Positions 50,432 through 59,862 are shown, numbered from the stretch's first letter. The stretch: 64,000 nucleotides of DNA from an uncultured Planctomycetota bacterium (GCA_963841915.1 CAWJEN010000006.1:1120001-1184000), one strand, 5' to 3'. Notes: a model not told the origin generated them from the sequence alone. Numbers and translations are program-made.

Positions 50432-52171
50432 CTAGTCGTTGACGTACTTGTTACCGAAGGTCAGATTGAACAGCGTGACGACGAAGATGATGGCAAACAT
50501 CGCCCACGCGACGCCGCTGGCGTAGCCGATGCGGCCGATCTCGAAGCCTTTCTGGTAGACGTCGTACGCGAGCGTGGTGCTGGCCCCACCGGGGCCGCCC
50601 TGCGTCATCGTGCGGACCATCTCGAATCCACCCTGCAGCCCGCCGATGACAGCCATGACGACGACGAAGAATGTCGTCGGTGCCAGCTGCGGCCAGGTGA
50701 CGTTCCAGAACCGCTGGAACGGCGTGGCCCCGTCGATGTCTGCCGCTTCGTACAGCTCGCCCGGCACGTTGGTGAGTGCTGCGAGGTACAGCAGCATCGT
50801 GTTGCTGCCGACCGCACCCCAGAAGCCGACGAGCATCAGCGACGGCTTGACCCAACGGGGGTCGCTGAGCCACTTGGGTGCCTCGATGGTCGTGCCATCG
50901 GCAACGGCATCGGGTAGACCCGCAAAGGCCCCGCCGATGCCGAGAAAAATGAACTCGCACACCATGATTGCTGCCGCCAGCACGATCGCCGAGCCGAACC
51001 CTTCCATCGGTCGTGCCCGGACTTCCTGCGGCCACAGGAAGCTGCCGAGCGTGAACAGGGCCGCAATGGCGCCCGCAATGACAAGGAACCCGCCAAGGTT
51101 CTGAAGGAGCTCGCCACGCTGGCCGTCGGCAACCGGCTCGCCCACGTTGTACCAGAAGAACGTCAGCACGATCGGCAGGCAGACCACAGCGAACGGCAGC
51201 ACCGTCGCTACCGCTCCCAGGTCACCTTCGCGGAACAGGCGACGCATTCGATTGAGCCCGATCAGAAAGAAGAGCCCGCCGATCATGATGAGCAGCACTG
51301 CCACGCCACGGCTCAGCGCCGGCGGCAGGGATTGGCCGGCGTAACTCAGGCCGTCAAGGATCGGCTGCGCTCCGAGCGTCAGCGGGCCCTGCTCGGTGTT
51401 GAACAGCTTGATCCACAGGATGTAGGTCGCAACGCCGCTCGTGAAGTGCGGCAGGTAGAACAGCGTGCGGTAGACGTTTTGCCCGCCGAGCACACCCAGG
51501 AACAAGATCGCTGCGGCGACGCTGACGAACAAGGCAGGCATGCCCCACGAACCGCCGCCCTTAAACCAGGCCGTCAGGCTCAACGCCACTGCCACACCGA
51601 CGAGTACGACCGCGACGCCGAACATCTTGCCCTGCGTGCCCTTGGCGCTCTTGCCGGACAGGTCGCGGCTCAGCAGCAATGCGGCACAGAGGCTGGCTCC
51701 GATGCCGAACGGGATGCCGATCATGAAGAACAGCGTGTTGCCGAAATACCGGCGAAAGTCAGGCTCGGTGAAGAGCAGCTTGAAGTTATCAAAGCCGACC
51801 CACTCGCCGACCTGCGTTTCCTTGTACGGGTTGTGCTGGCGGAGATCCCAGTTGGTGAAGGCGAAGTAGAGGCTGGCGACGAGCGGAATCGCCGTGAAGG
51901 CCAGAAAGCCCAGGATGTTGGGCAGCAGGAAGGCCAGCCCCGTACCGACGCCGCTGCGGCGTGTGCCGGCGACGACGACGCGGGTGTCGCGAGCATCATC
52001 TTCGGAGGCTTCTTCGAGCTCGATGGTTTCGGCGCCGAAGAAGGTGGCCGTCTCGTCGGTCGAAGGCGGCGTGGGTTCGGCAGGAATATGCGCTGCCGTG
52101 ACGTTTGTCGCGGTTATGTCGTCATCGGGCCGGCCCGGGTCGTTGGAGTCAGGACGCATCGCTTGGTTCAC
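50432..52171 (-). CDS. Carbohydrate ABC transporter permease (MalF-like) with extra TM insertions
   Basis: 'VGFDNF', 'YRTLFYLP', EAA motif 'LYEAADIDGA', 'MTQGGP'. Confidence 0.9.
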   Translation of the reverse strand: MNQAMRPDSNDPGRPDDDITATNVTAAHIPAEPTPPSTDETATFFGAETIELEEASEDDARDTRVVVAGTRRSGVGTGLAFLLPNILGFLAFTAIPLVASLYFAFTNWDLRQHNPYKETQVGEWVGFDNFKLLFTEPDFRRYFGNTLFFMIGIPFGIGASLCAALLLSRDLSGKSAKGTQGKMFGVAVVLVGVAVALSLTAWFKGGGSWGMPALFVSVAAAILFLGVLGGQNVYRTLFYLPHFTSGVATYILWIKLFNTEQGPLTLGAQPILDGLSYAGQSLPPALSRGVAVLLIMIGGLFFLIGLNRMRRLFREGDLGAVATVLPFAVVCLPIVLTFFWYNVGEPVADGQRGELLQNLGGFLVIAGAIAALFTLGSFLWPQEVRARPMEGFGSAIVLAAAIMVCEFIFLGIGGAFAGLPDAVADGTTIEAPKWLSDPRWVKPSLMLVGFWGAVGSNTMLLYLAALTNVPGELYEAADIDGATPFQRFWNVTWPQLAPTTFFVVVMAVIGGLQGGFEMVRTMTQGGPGGASTTLAYDVYQKGFEIGRIGYASGVAWAMFAIIFVVTLFNLTFGNKYVND

Positions 52172-52216
52172 AAAAAGTTGGGATCAACGAAATCAGACGG
52201 CTGGCAAAATCGAACA

Positions 52217-54280
52217 TCAGGCGGCATTCCGAGTCGCCGCTCGCGTAGCAGGCTGCGTGGCGGGTCGCCGAAGCTCTGACTGCTCCTGCAATACAACTGG
52301 TCGCGTCGCCGGACTTGAAACCGGACCCCTTGCCGGTGCCGGTGCCGCCGCGGGAGCGACCGGCTTTGTCGTTGGCTGCTGTTCTACCGCCTCAGATTCA
52401 GCGGCATCGGGCACGACCGCCTCAGGCTCGACAGCCGACTTCGGCATGGTCGCAGGCTCGGGCTCGGCGGGTTGAACCGCGGAAATCCCTGGCGTCACGT
52501 CACTGTCCGACAGTTCCCGCTCGACCATCCGCTCGACAACATCAGCGTTGGCACCTTCGGCCATCAGGTCGCTTTCTTCCACCGGCTCGCCGTCGCTCAA
52601 CGGGACGGCAGCGACGATTCGAACGCCGGCGGCTTCAATGTTCGATTCGTCGAGCATGCCTTTCTGCCGGTAGTACCGCAGGTAAAACGGGTTGCGGATC
52701 AGCTCGGCCGGAATCTTCTGGCCGCTGGCCTTGAGCTGGTCAATCGTCTGCTGATCCTTCAGGCGACTTTCGTACTCGGCTCGGAGTTCGGGCTGCTCGG
52801 CGATCGTCTCTCGCATGCGCTGCATGATTCTGCGATCAGCGTCGGCCATCGCAACGGCTGCGTCTTCGTAACCCGGAATCGGCGGGTTGGCCAGGAACTT
52901 GTCGCGAGCATTGCCCTCTTCGCGAAGGGCTTCCTGATACAGGATGAACGGGCTGTAGCTCCTCGGGTCAGCAATGGTCGTTGCGGCTTCGAGGTACGGT
53001 CCGTGCACCTTGTGCTCCGTTTCGGGATACACGCCCATCGCCGGGTCTTTGGCCGGAAACAAATAAGCTTCGCTGTTGGTGTACTTCTCGTTCGGCGGCA
53101 GGCCGTCACTGTCGGCGATGATCTGGTCGTTGTATTGCTTGCTAGCGAGGAACGACTGAAAGAAGACCGCCCACGGCGTATCGGCCGGCACCTCGACCGA
53201 ATCGCCCTCGACCGATTTGAACGTCACCGGTTCTGTTGTCTTGCTGCCATCGCGATAAATGACGGCACCGCGGGTGCCGATGGTGACCGTCGGGTAGCCG
53301 CCGTTGGGCAATTGCACGACCGACAGTTCGAGAGGCTTGCCGCCTGCGGCGACGCGGGTCTGGTTCGTCTGGCGGAAGCGGATCATGTGCCACCGGCCGC
53401 CGTTGAAGGTGGCGTAGCGACCAATTTCAAAGCCTTCTGCACCACCGCCGCCGTACCCGCCGCTGCTGGACATGGCTAACTGATCGGCACCGCTGGGCAG
53501 GATGCGGTCTTCGTAGGTCCACTTGCGGATCAGTTCTTGTGCCCTCACCACCTCGGGCGACGTCAGGTTGGTTGCGGTGGCCGTTTCGTTGTAGGTGTCG
53601 ACGCCCATCGAGCGGTAAAGCTCCAGCGTGCCCAAGCCGTCGAGGAAAAATCGCCTGCCGCCGATGTTGTCCAGGTCGTACTCGCCGCTGTTGGCCCGGC
53701 TGACGAACTCTTTACCGACTTCCTCGAACTCTTCGATCGTCCACCCGTCGCTTGGCGGCGTCATGCCGACGTCGCGGAACGTCTGCTCGTTGATCATGAT
53801 CATCGTGAACGCGACGTTGCAGGGGTACATGTACTGCCTGCGATCGCCGTCGAAATCGACGAAGCTGAGCTCGTTGAGCATGCTGTCGTAGCTCGTGCTG
53901 ACGTCGAACCCGAGTGGTCCAGCCAGGTCGGTGACGTCTTCGAGCACCGCAAGCTCCTGGAAGAACCGCATGCCGTGCCCGTTACCGAGGTCCAGGACAT
54001 CTGCCGCAACGCCACTGACGCTTTGGATGATTTTCTTCGTCTCGTCGGAGTTGCCGACGTCGAGCCGTAGCTCGATGAGGGGAACGCCCTCGTCGTCGAT
54101 CAGGCCGCGCTCGACTTGCCATTCGTCGAATAGACGCACTTGCTCGACGCGGGCCGGATTGGCGTCCGTGGTCCAGTAGATCAGAGCCTTTCGATCGGTT
54201 GAGCCCTCGGGCATCTGGGTGCTGAGCCAAACGCTGGCACCGAGCAGAATGACGAAGACGAGCAGGAATAGATACTTCAT
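52217..54280 (-). CDS. Sugar ABC transporter extracellular solute-binding protein with a Pro/Ala-rich tail
   Basis: N-terminal anchor, 'YWTTDANPAR..Q..LF', family-1 SBP-like body; co-oriented upstream of the two permeases. Confidence 0.82.
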   Translation of the reverse strand: MKYLFLLVFVILLGASVWLSTQMPEGSTDRKALIYWTTDANPARVEQVRLFDEWQVERGLIDDEGVPLIELRLDVGNSDETKKIIQSVSGVAADVLDLGNGHGMRFFQELAVLEDVTDLAGPLGFDVSTSYDSMLNELSFVDFDGDRRQYMYPCNVAFTMIMINEQTFRDVGMTPPSDGWTIEEFEEVGKEFVSRANSGEYDLDNIGGRRFFLDGLGTLELYRSMGVDTYNETATATNLTSPEVVRAQELIRKWTYEDRILPSGADQLAMSSSGGYGGGGAEGFEIGRYATFNGGRWHMIRFRQTNQTRVAAGGKPLELSVVQLPNGGYPTVTIGTRGAVIYRDGSKTTEPVTFKSVEGDSVEVPADTPWAVFFQSFLASKQYNDQIIADSDGLPPNEKYTNSEAYLFPAKDPAMGVYPETEHKVHGPYLEAATTIADPRSYSPFILYQEALREEGNARDKFLANPPIPGYEDAAVAMADADRRIMQRMRETIAEQPELRAEYESRLKDQQTIDQLKASGQKIPAELIRNPFYLRYYRQKGMLDESNIEAAGVRIVAAVPLSDGEPVEESDLMAEGANADVVERMVERELSDSDVTPGISAVQPAEPEPATMPKSAVEPEAVVPDAAESEAVEQQPTTKPVAPAAAPAPARGPVSSPATRPVVLQEQSELRRPATQPATRAATRNAA

Positions 54281-54340
54281 GAAGGTCCTCCAAGGCCTTT
54301 CCCGACAGCTGCCCGGCCGGAGCGCCGGGGCAGGTCGTGG

Positions 54341-56080
54341 TTGGGCGGGCCACTGACGCTACCGCATGGCCGAGTCCGTGGCAATTCGATCTCGCCGCTA
54401 GACTCGGCTCCCTTGCTCGGCCGCCCTGCATCATCCACAAGCGACGCACAGGCTCTGCGCGAGCTGGCCGGCGCGGTTGCCTCCATAGACGGTCCCGAAT
54501 CCAACGTCGCCGATCTCGCTCAGGCCGCTGCTTTCGTAGCCAACCCGCCCGCTGATGGCCCGCGACTCGTCGTGCTGCTCGGTGGCACCGGCGCCGGAAA
54601 AAGCACCCTCGTCAACCGCCTTATCGGTGTCACCGACCGCGGCGAGGGCGCCATCGTCGGGACGAGCTTCAGGCGAACCTTCACCAGCGGCCCGGTCGCC
54701 GTGACGCAGGCCGATGTGCCTAAAGGCTGGCTCGGCCTGCCGCACCGCATCGTCGAGGCGACCGACCTGCCCGCCCGCGGCGAGTCGGACGTGTTGCTCG
54801 TCGTCCGCCACGAGGGCACCCCCGGCGGGGTCGTGCTGATCGACACGCCTGACGTCGACGGCGACATCGTCGAGCACCACGCTCGCGCGGACCGTGCCTT
54901 CCGCTGGGCGACGGGCGTCGTTCTCGTGGCAACGCCTGAGAAGTATCAACTACCCGAGATCGCCCGTTATGCAGAGCTGGCAGCGCGGTGGGGACTTGGC
55001 CGCTTGTTCGTGTTGAACAAGGCCGACGACGTCAAGGCTGCAGATGATTGGGCCCAGCAACTCGACGGGCCAACGGTTTATGTGGTGCCGCGGGACGACG
55101 CGTCCCTGGTGGTGCCAACCGAGCGGTCGCTGGACGATCTCAAGGAAGCCATCGCCGCCTTGCCGCCACCGGACAAGGCCGGGCATTTGGTGCGAAGTCG
55201 CGACGTGGCCGGTCGGGCGACGGATGCCGTACTGGCACTGGCGCGGGATCAACGCCGTCGGTGTGATGCGGCATCTGCACGCCTGAAGACGCTCATCAGG
55301 CCCGAAGCCGGTGTCGACGTGCACCCGATGACACGTCACCTCCAACGCCGCCTGCGGCAGCAGAGCGTGCTCTACCTCATGGGCCCCGGCCGCATGATCG
55401 ACCGCGTCAAAGGCGTACCGGCCATGGTCGCCCGATTGCCACGCTCGACGTGGGACCTGATCACCAAGGGCACGACAGCCACCACGACGGATGACGAGCC
55501 GATGCCCGATGCCGCCCCCGACGTGGTGCGGGAGGCAGAAGATGCGTTTGCCGTCTTCGTCGCCCGGTGCGACGACGTGCTACGCGGCGAGGGTTTGTCA
55601 GGCGAGGCGACGTGGAAGCTGCCCAAGCAGCACGCCCGTCAAGCGGTGCAGGCACAGATCGACACGCTGCGGTCGTGGCTCGAGGCCCGTTGGGACAAAA
55701 AGCCGCGCGACACACGGGCGATCGAGTGGTTGTCAAAGCACGTGCCCGGCGGCCAGCACGTGGCCAAGCTGAGCGAGACCGCGCCGTACCTGCTCATTGC
55801 CGCCAGTGCTGCCAGCAACGCGGTGATGGGCCCGGTCGACCAAGTTGTGATCGGCGGCTACCTGCTGACAACGTGGCTGGGCGAGAAGCTCAGCAACGAA
55901 GTCGCCTCGAAGAGTCGCGAAACCAATAACGCGATCGGCCGGGCCTTTGCGGGCGTGTGCGACGAGCAGGTGAAGGCGGCGGTCGCGTGGGCCGGCTCGC
56001 GTGCCGCCGACGCCAAGGCCATCGCGCGACTCGAAGCCGCTATCGACGCCGTCTACCAGCGCGCGGAGGCAGCTTCGTGA
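54341..56080 (+). CDS. Dynamin-like / TRAFAC GTPase A (start uncertain)
   Basis: G1 'GGTGAGKST', G2 'RTFT', G3 'DTPD', G4 'NKAD'; long helical C-terminal half with a hydrophobic segment. Confidence 0.75.
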   Translation: MGGPLTLPHGRVRGNSISPLDSAPLLGRPASSTSDAQALRELAGAVASIDGPESNVADLAQAAAFVANPPADGPRLVVLLGGTGAGKSTLVNRLIGVTDRGEGAIVGTSFRRTFTSGPVAVTQADVPKGWLGLPHRIVEATDLPARGESDVLLVVRHEGTPGGVVLIDTPDVDGDIVEHHARADRAFRWATGVVLVATPEKYQLPEIARYAELAARWGLGRLFVLNKADDVKAADDWAQQLDGPTVYVVPRDDASLVVPTERSLDDLKEAIAALPPPDKAGHLVRSRDVAGRATDAVLALARDQRRRCDAASARLKTLIRPEAGVDVHPMTRHLQRRLRQQSVLYLMGPGRMIDRVKGVPAMVARLPRSTWDLITKGTTATTTDDEPMPDAAPDVVREAEDAFAVFVARCDDVLRGEGLSGEATWKLPKQHARQAVQAQIDTLRSWLEARWDKKPRDTRAIEWLSKHVPGGQHVAKLSETAPYLLIAASAASNAVMGPVDQVVIGGYLLTTWLGEKLSNEVASKSRETNNAIGRAFAGVCDEQVKAAVAWAGSRAADAKAIARLEAAIDAVYQRAEAAS

Positions 56081-57741
56081 AAGATGACCTGCAAACGCTC
56101 GCGGCCGAAGTCGCCGACCTGATCGGCGTCGACCTGCCGGGCGTCCTCGCCGACGACGCACCGGTGCCGGCCGACGTCGCCGTCACGCACTACCACGTCG
56201 GCCTCATCGGTGGGAAAGACGTCGGCAAGACCAGCCTCGCCAACGCCCTGGCCGGCACCACGCTCGCCGAACCGATCGGGCACGGCGAAGGCACCCGCAA
56301 TGTCACCGCCTTCTGCCACCGAGCCGTCGCTACGGCGGTGCGGCGTGAGCTGCCAGACGTTAACGTGGTTCCGCACGAGATCGACCGCCTGCAACGCCAG
56401 GTGCTGCTCGATCTGCCCGACATCGACAGCCGCTACGCCGACCACCTGTCGCTGACGCGTAAGACGCTTCGGCACATGCTCTACCCCGTGTGGGTGCAAA
56501 GCGTCGAGAAGTACGCCGACGCCCGGCCGCGGGATCTGCTCAAGCAGGTGGCAGCGGGCAACGATCCGCAGAACTTCGTCTTCGTCCTGAGCAAGGTCGA
56601 CCAGCTCGTCGACCGCGAAGGCGAAGCGGCAGCGCGAGAGCTAGCCGACGACTACGCCGGCCGCATCGCCGATGCCCTCGAATTACCGGCCAAGCCACGG
56701 GTGTACCTGGTCAGCGCGCATCGGCCGGACCAGTTCGATCTGCCTGAGCTTCGCCAGACGCTTGGCATCGACCGCAGCGAAGATCAAGTGACCGGCGATC
56801 ACGGCAGGGCCATGGCGAGGCGTCGGGCGAGCGTTGTGGCGTGGCTGGGCGAGCAACGCCTTGACGAGCGGGCGGCGGAAGCCAAGCGGCTGCTGGACGA
56901 AACCGCCGATCTTCTTGCGGAACGGGCGGGTGCACCCGTCCTGGAAACGGCATTGCCGCGGCTGGCCGAGGACGCGGGGCACCGGATGGCCGTCGCCGAG
57001 CCTGCGGCGGCGGCGCGGGTGCGGGCGTGGCCGCTCGTTGGGTGGATCGACCTGGCGGCGGCACCGCTGGTCGCACTCGTGCGTCGCAACCTCATGCCGG
57101 CCACGACCGAGGCGGCCAGCCTGGACGAACATCTCGCCCATGCCGGCGAATCGACGGCAGGCAACGTGCGGGCGACGTTCGCGTCGCTCCGGGCGAGTCA
57201 TCCGCAGGTCGCCGACCTCTACGCCGACCGGCATTTGTGGGAGTCACCGGCGGCCGAGGCAGCGGCGACGGATCTCAGGCGTCGGCTGACGCGGTCGCTC
57301 GACCGACAACGTGACCACATCGCGGACAAACTTCGGCCGACAATCTGGCTCGCGCCGATCCGCTGGCTGTTGACCGTTGGCGTCGTGCTGTGGTTTGCGA
57401 TCCTGCAGCCGTTGCTGGCGGTGGCTGTGCCCGAGGGTGATGCGTGGAGCTGGACGGAGGCGTTGCAGGACGCGGTGCTATTGCTCAACGCGACGACGAT
57501 TCTGTCGTCGCTGGGCTTTGCGCTCGTGTGGCTGTTGCTCGTCTGGATCGCGGTTCGGCTGCGGGCGTATCGGTTGGTGGCCAAGCACCGGACCAAGCTG
57601 CTCCGCGGCGACGCGGCAGACGTCGAGGCGTCACCGGCCGCGCAGGTGATCGCGTGGATGGACGACCTGCTGGGCCCGCTGCATCGCCGTCATGCCCTGC
57701 TTGCGAAGCTTGTGCTTGCGGTGCGTCAGAGCGGTCACTGA
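56077..57741 (+). CDS. Dynamin-like / TRAFAC GTPase B with two C-terminal TM helices
   Basis: GTGA overlap with the upstream stop. G1 'GGKDVGKTS', G2 'EGT', G3 'DLPD', G4 'SKVD'; TMs 'WLLTVGVVLWFAILQP' and 'LGFALVWLLLVWIAV'. Confidence 0.75.
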   Translation: MKDDLQTLAAEVADLIGVDLPGVLADDAPVPADVAVTHYHVGLIGGKDVGKTSLANALAGTTLAEPIGHGEGTRNVTAFCHRAVATAVRRELPDVNVVPHEIDRLQRQVLLDLPDIDSRYADHLSLTRKTLRHMLYPVWVQSVEKYADARPRDLLKQVAAGNDPQNFVFVLSKVDQLVDREGEAAARELADDYAGRIADALELPAKPRVYLVSAHRPDQFDLPELRQTLGIDRSEDQVTGDHGRAMARRRASVVAWLGEQRLDERAAEAKRLLDETADLLAERAGAPVLETALPRLAEDAGHRMAVAEPAAAARVRAWPLVGWIDLAAAPLVALVRRNLMPATTEAASLDEHLAHAGESTAGNVRATFASLRASHPQVADLYADRHLWESPAAEAAATDLRRRLTRSLDRQRDHIADKLRPTIWLAPIRWLLTVGVVLWFAILQPLLAVAVPEGDAWSWTEALQDAVLLLNATTILSSLGFALVWLLLVWIAVRLRAYRLVAKHRTKLLRGDAADVEASPAAQVIAWMDDLLGPLHRRHALLAKLVLAVRQSGH

Positions 57742-57863
57742 GGTGGCGAATCCCGAGCCGCGATCCCACGGACCGCGGCTCCGGGACCATCAGGCGCTCC
57801 GGGACCATGTGCAGCTTTCAGCAGCTTCGCCGACACGTCGCCCGTGTCGCTCTACCGTGGCCC

Positions 57864-59690
57864 GTGCCCAAATGCATTGTAATCGGCGGCGGTTTTGGTG
57901 GAATCGCAAGTGCCCTGCGTATGCGGGCCAAGGGGTACGACGTCACCCTCATCGACAAGCAGGACAAGCTCGGCGGCCGCGGGTATCAGTACAACAAGGA
58001 GACCGAGCACGGCACCTTCGTCCACGATGCCGGCCCGACCGTCATCACGGCCAAGTTCCTGTTCGACGAGCTGTTCGAGCTTTTCGGCAAGAAACGCGAG
58101 GATTACGTCGAGTTTCGCGACATCTACCCGTGGTACCGCATCGTCTTCGCCGGCGACGTGACGAATCCCTCCAAACGAGCCCCGAGCGTGAGCGAGGGGT
58201 CTGTCGACCAATTGAAGACCCCTCCCTCACGGTCGGGGCTCGCGTTGCCCCACTTCGACTACGGGGGGACACTCGAGGAGTTTGAAGCGGAAATCCGGAG
58301 GTTCGGAGGAGAAGCGGACGTCATCGGCTTCCGCAAGTACCTCGCGCACTCGAAGAAGATCTTCGACAAGGGCTTCACCGAGCTGGGCGATCAGCCGTTC
58401 GACAAGTTCACGACGATGCTGAAGTGTGCCCCGGACCTCGTGCGGCTCGGCTGCTACAAGACGGTCTGGCAGATGGGGGCCAAGTACATCAAGGACGACC
58501 GGCTGCGCCGCGTCTTCAGCTTCCAGCCGCTCTTGGTCGGCGGCAACCCGTTCAACACGACGTGCATCTACAGCCTGATCTTCTACCTCGAACGCCAGTG
58601 GGGCGTGCAGTTCGCCATGGGCGGCACGGGGGCGATCGTCGCGGGGCTGCAGAAGCTGATGGAGGAGGAGGGGATCGAAATACGACTCGGTGAGGAGGCC
58701 GACGTTCTCATCCATGCGAGTCACGTCAAGCCGTTGCCGGAGCCCGGTCGCGGGCTCCCACGCGGCGAGATTTCGCTCTACGGCGTTGAGGCGGATGCGA
58801 ACGAGCAGCTTCGAGCAGATGTGGTCATCTGCAACGGTGATCCGCCAAGCATCTACCGGAAGCACCTGAAGTTCGTGAGCCCACCCAATAAGGCCAACCC
58901 GCTGGCCCACAAGGCTGGACACCTCGACCTCGAACGACCCTTCTGGCCCAACGTCAAGATCGACAAGCTCAAGTACTCGATGGGCCTGTTCGTCCTCTAC
59001 TTCGGCACGACCCGCCAGTACCCCGACGTCGCCCACCACACGATCGTCCTCGGCGAAGCGTACAAGTCGCTCCTCAAAAAGCTCTTCGACGATAAAGAGG
59101 TCGAACGCGAAGACCTCAGCGTCTACCTCCACCGCCCCACCGCCACCGACCCGTCGATGGCACCGGACGGCATGGACAGCTTCTACGTCCTTGTTCCCGT
59201 CCCCAACCTCCAACCCATCAGCGGACGCACCAAGTCCATGCGAGCCCCAAGCGTGAGCGCGGGGTCTGCTCCAGAAGCAGAACCCGCTCCCTCACGGTCG
59301 GAGCTCGCGTCGGACGAGGTTCCCGTGAACGATGACGGGTCTGTCGACTGGTCCAAGTTTGGCGATACCTTCCGCGACGACGTCGTCCGCTACCTCGAGA
59401 AAACCGTCCTGCCAGGTCTCTCCGAGTGCATCACCGGTGACTTCTACGTCACGCCGAACCACTTCCGCGACAACCTCAACACCCACCACGGCACCGGCTT
59501 CAGCGTCCAGCCGATCTTCACCCAGTCGGCCTGGTTCCGCTTCCACAACAAGAGCGACATCGACGGCCTCTACTTCGTCGGGGCCGGCACCCACCCCGGG
59601 GCCGGCATGCCAGGCGTCCTGTGCAGCGCCAAACTCGTCGACAAGCTCATCCCGGCCGTCACGCCCGAATCACAAACGGCAACGCCGTAA
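57864..59690 (+). CDS. crtI: Phytoene desaturase (CrtI family), about 608 aa with several loop insertions
   Basis: FAD-binding 'IVIGGGFGG', 'DAGPTVIT', 'LLVGGNPF', 'YLHRPTATDPSMAP', 'LYFVGAGTHPGAGMPGV'. Confidence 0.92.
   Translation: MPKCIVIGGGFGGIASALRMRAKGYDVTLIDKQDKLGGRGYQYNKETEHGTFVHDAGPTVITAKFLFDELFELFGKKREDYVEFRDIYPWYRIVFAGDVTNPSKRAPSVSEGSVDQLKTPPSRSGLALPHFDYGGTLEEFEAEIRRFGGEADVIGFRKYLAHSKKIFDKGFTELGDQPFDKFTTMLKCAPDLVRLGCYKTVWQMGAKYIKDDRLRRVFSFQPLLVGGNPFNTTCIYSLIFYLERQWGVQFAMGGTGAIVAGLQKLMEEEGIEIRLGEEADVLIHASHVKPLPEPGRGLPRGEISLYGVEADANEQLRADVVICNGDPPSIYRKHLKFVSPPNKANPLAHKAGHLDLERPFWPNVKIDKLKYSMGLFVLYFGTTRQYPDVAHHTIVLGEAYKSLLKKLFDDKEVEREDLSVYLHRPTATDPSMAPDGMDSFYVLVPVPNLQPISGRTKSMRAPSVSAGSAPEAEPAPSRSELASDEVPVNDDGSVDWSKFGDTFRDDVVRYLEKTVLPGLSECITGDFYVTPNHFRDNLNTHHGTGFSVQPIFTQSAWFRFHNKSDIDGLYFVGAGTHPGAGMPGVLCSAKLVDKLIPAVTPESQTATP
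58176..58242. repeat. REP-like palindrome inserted in-frame in crtI (copy 1)
   Basis: Arms CGAGCCCCGAGCGTGAGCGAGGGGTCT / AGACCCCTCCCTCACGGTCGGGGCTCG (25/27 complementary); encodes [23 protein letters not shown]. Confidence 0.85.
59241..59307. repeat. REP-like palindrome inserted in-frame in crtI (copy 2)
   Basis: CGAGCCCCAAGCGTGAGCGCGGGGTCTGCT ... AGCAGAACCCGCTCCCTCACGGTCGGAGCTCG; encodes RAPSVSAGSAPEAEPAPSRSELA. Confidence 0.82.
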
Positions 59691-59862
59691 GCAGCCCGCA
59701 GCCGGCGCACGTCCAGCCGACCCCCGGGGAGACGTAAGGCACGACGATCAATCCCAAGCCTGCCGCCAATGCCACGAGGTTTCCCGCCTTCTTGCCGTAC
59801 GACAGCATGCCCATGCCGACGAGGCCGAAGAAGAATGAGGCCATCAGGGTGTTGCTGTCCAT
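59659..59862 (-). CDS. Small hydrophobic membrane protein (67 aa)
   Basis: 'FFFGLVGMGMLSYGKK ... GLIVVPY' pattern with 2-3 TMs; 3' end overlaps the crtI end. Confidence 0.65.
   Translation of the reverse strand: MDSNTLMASFFFGLVGMGMLSYGKKAGNLVALAAGLGLIVVPYVSPGVGWTCAGCGLLTALPFVIRA

Noticed and set aside
57444..57863. 140-aa N-terminal extension of CrtI
   Set aside because: Overlaps the upstream GTPase gene; the Rossmann motif begins right after GTG 57864.
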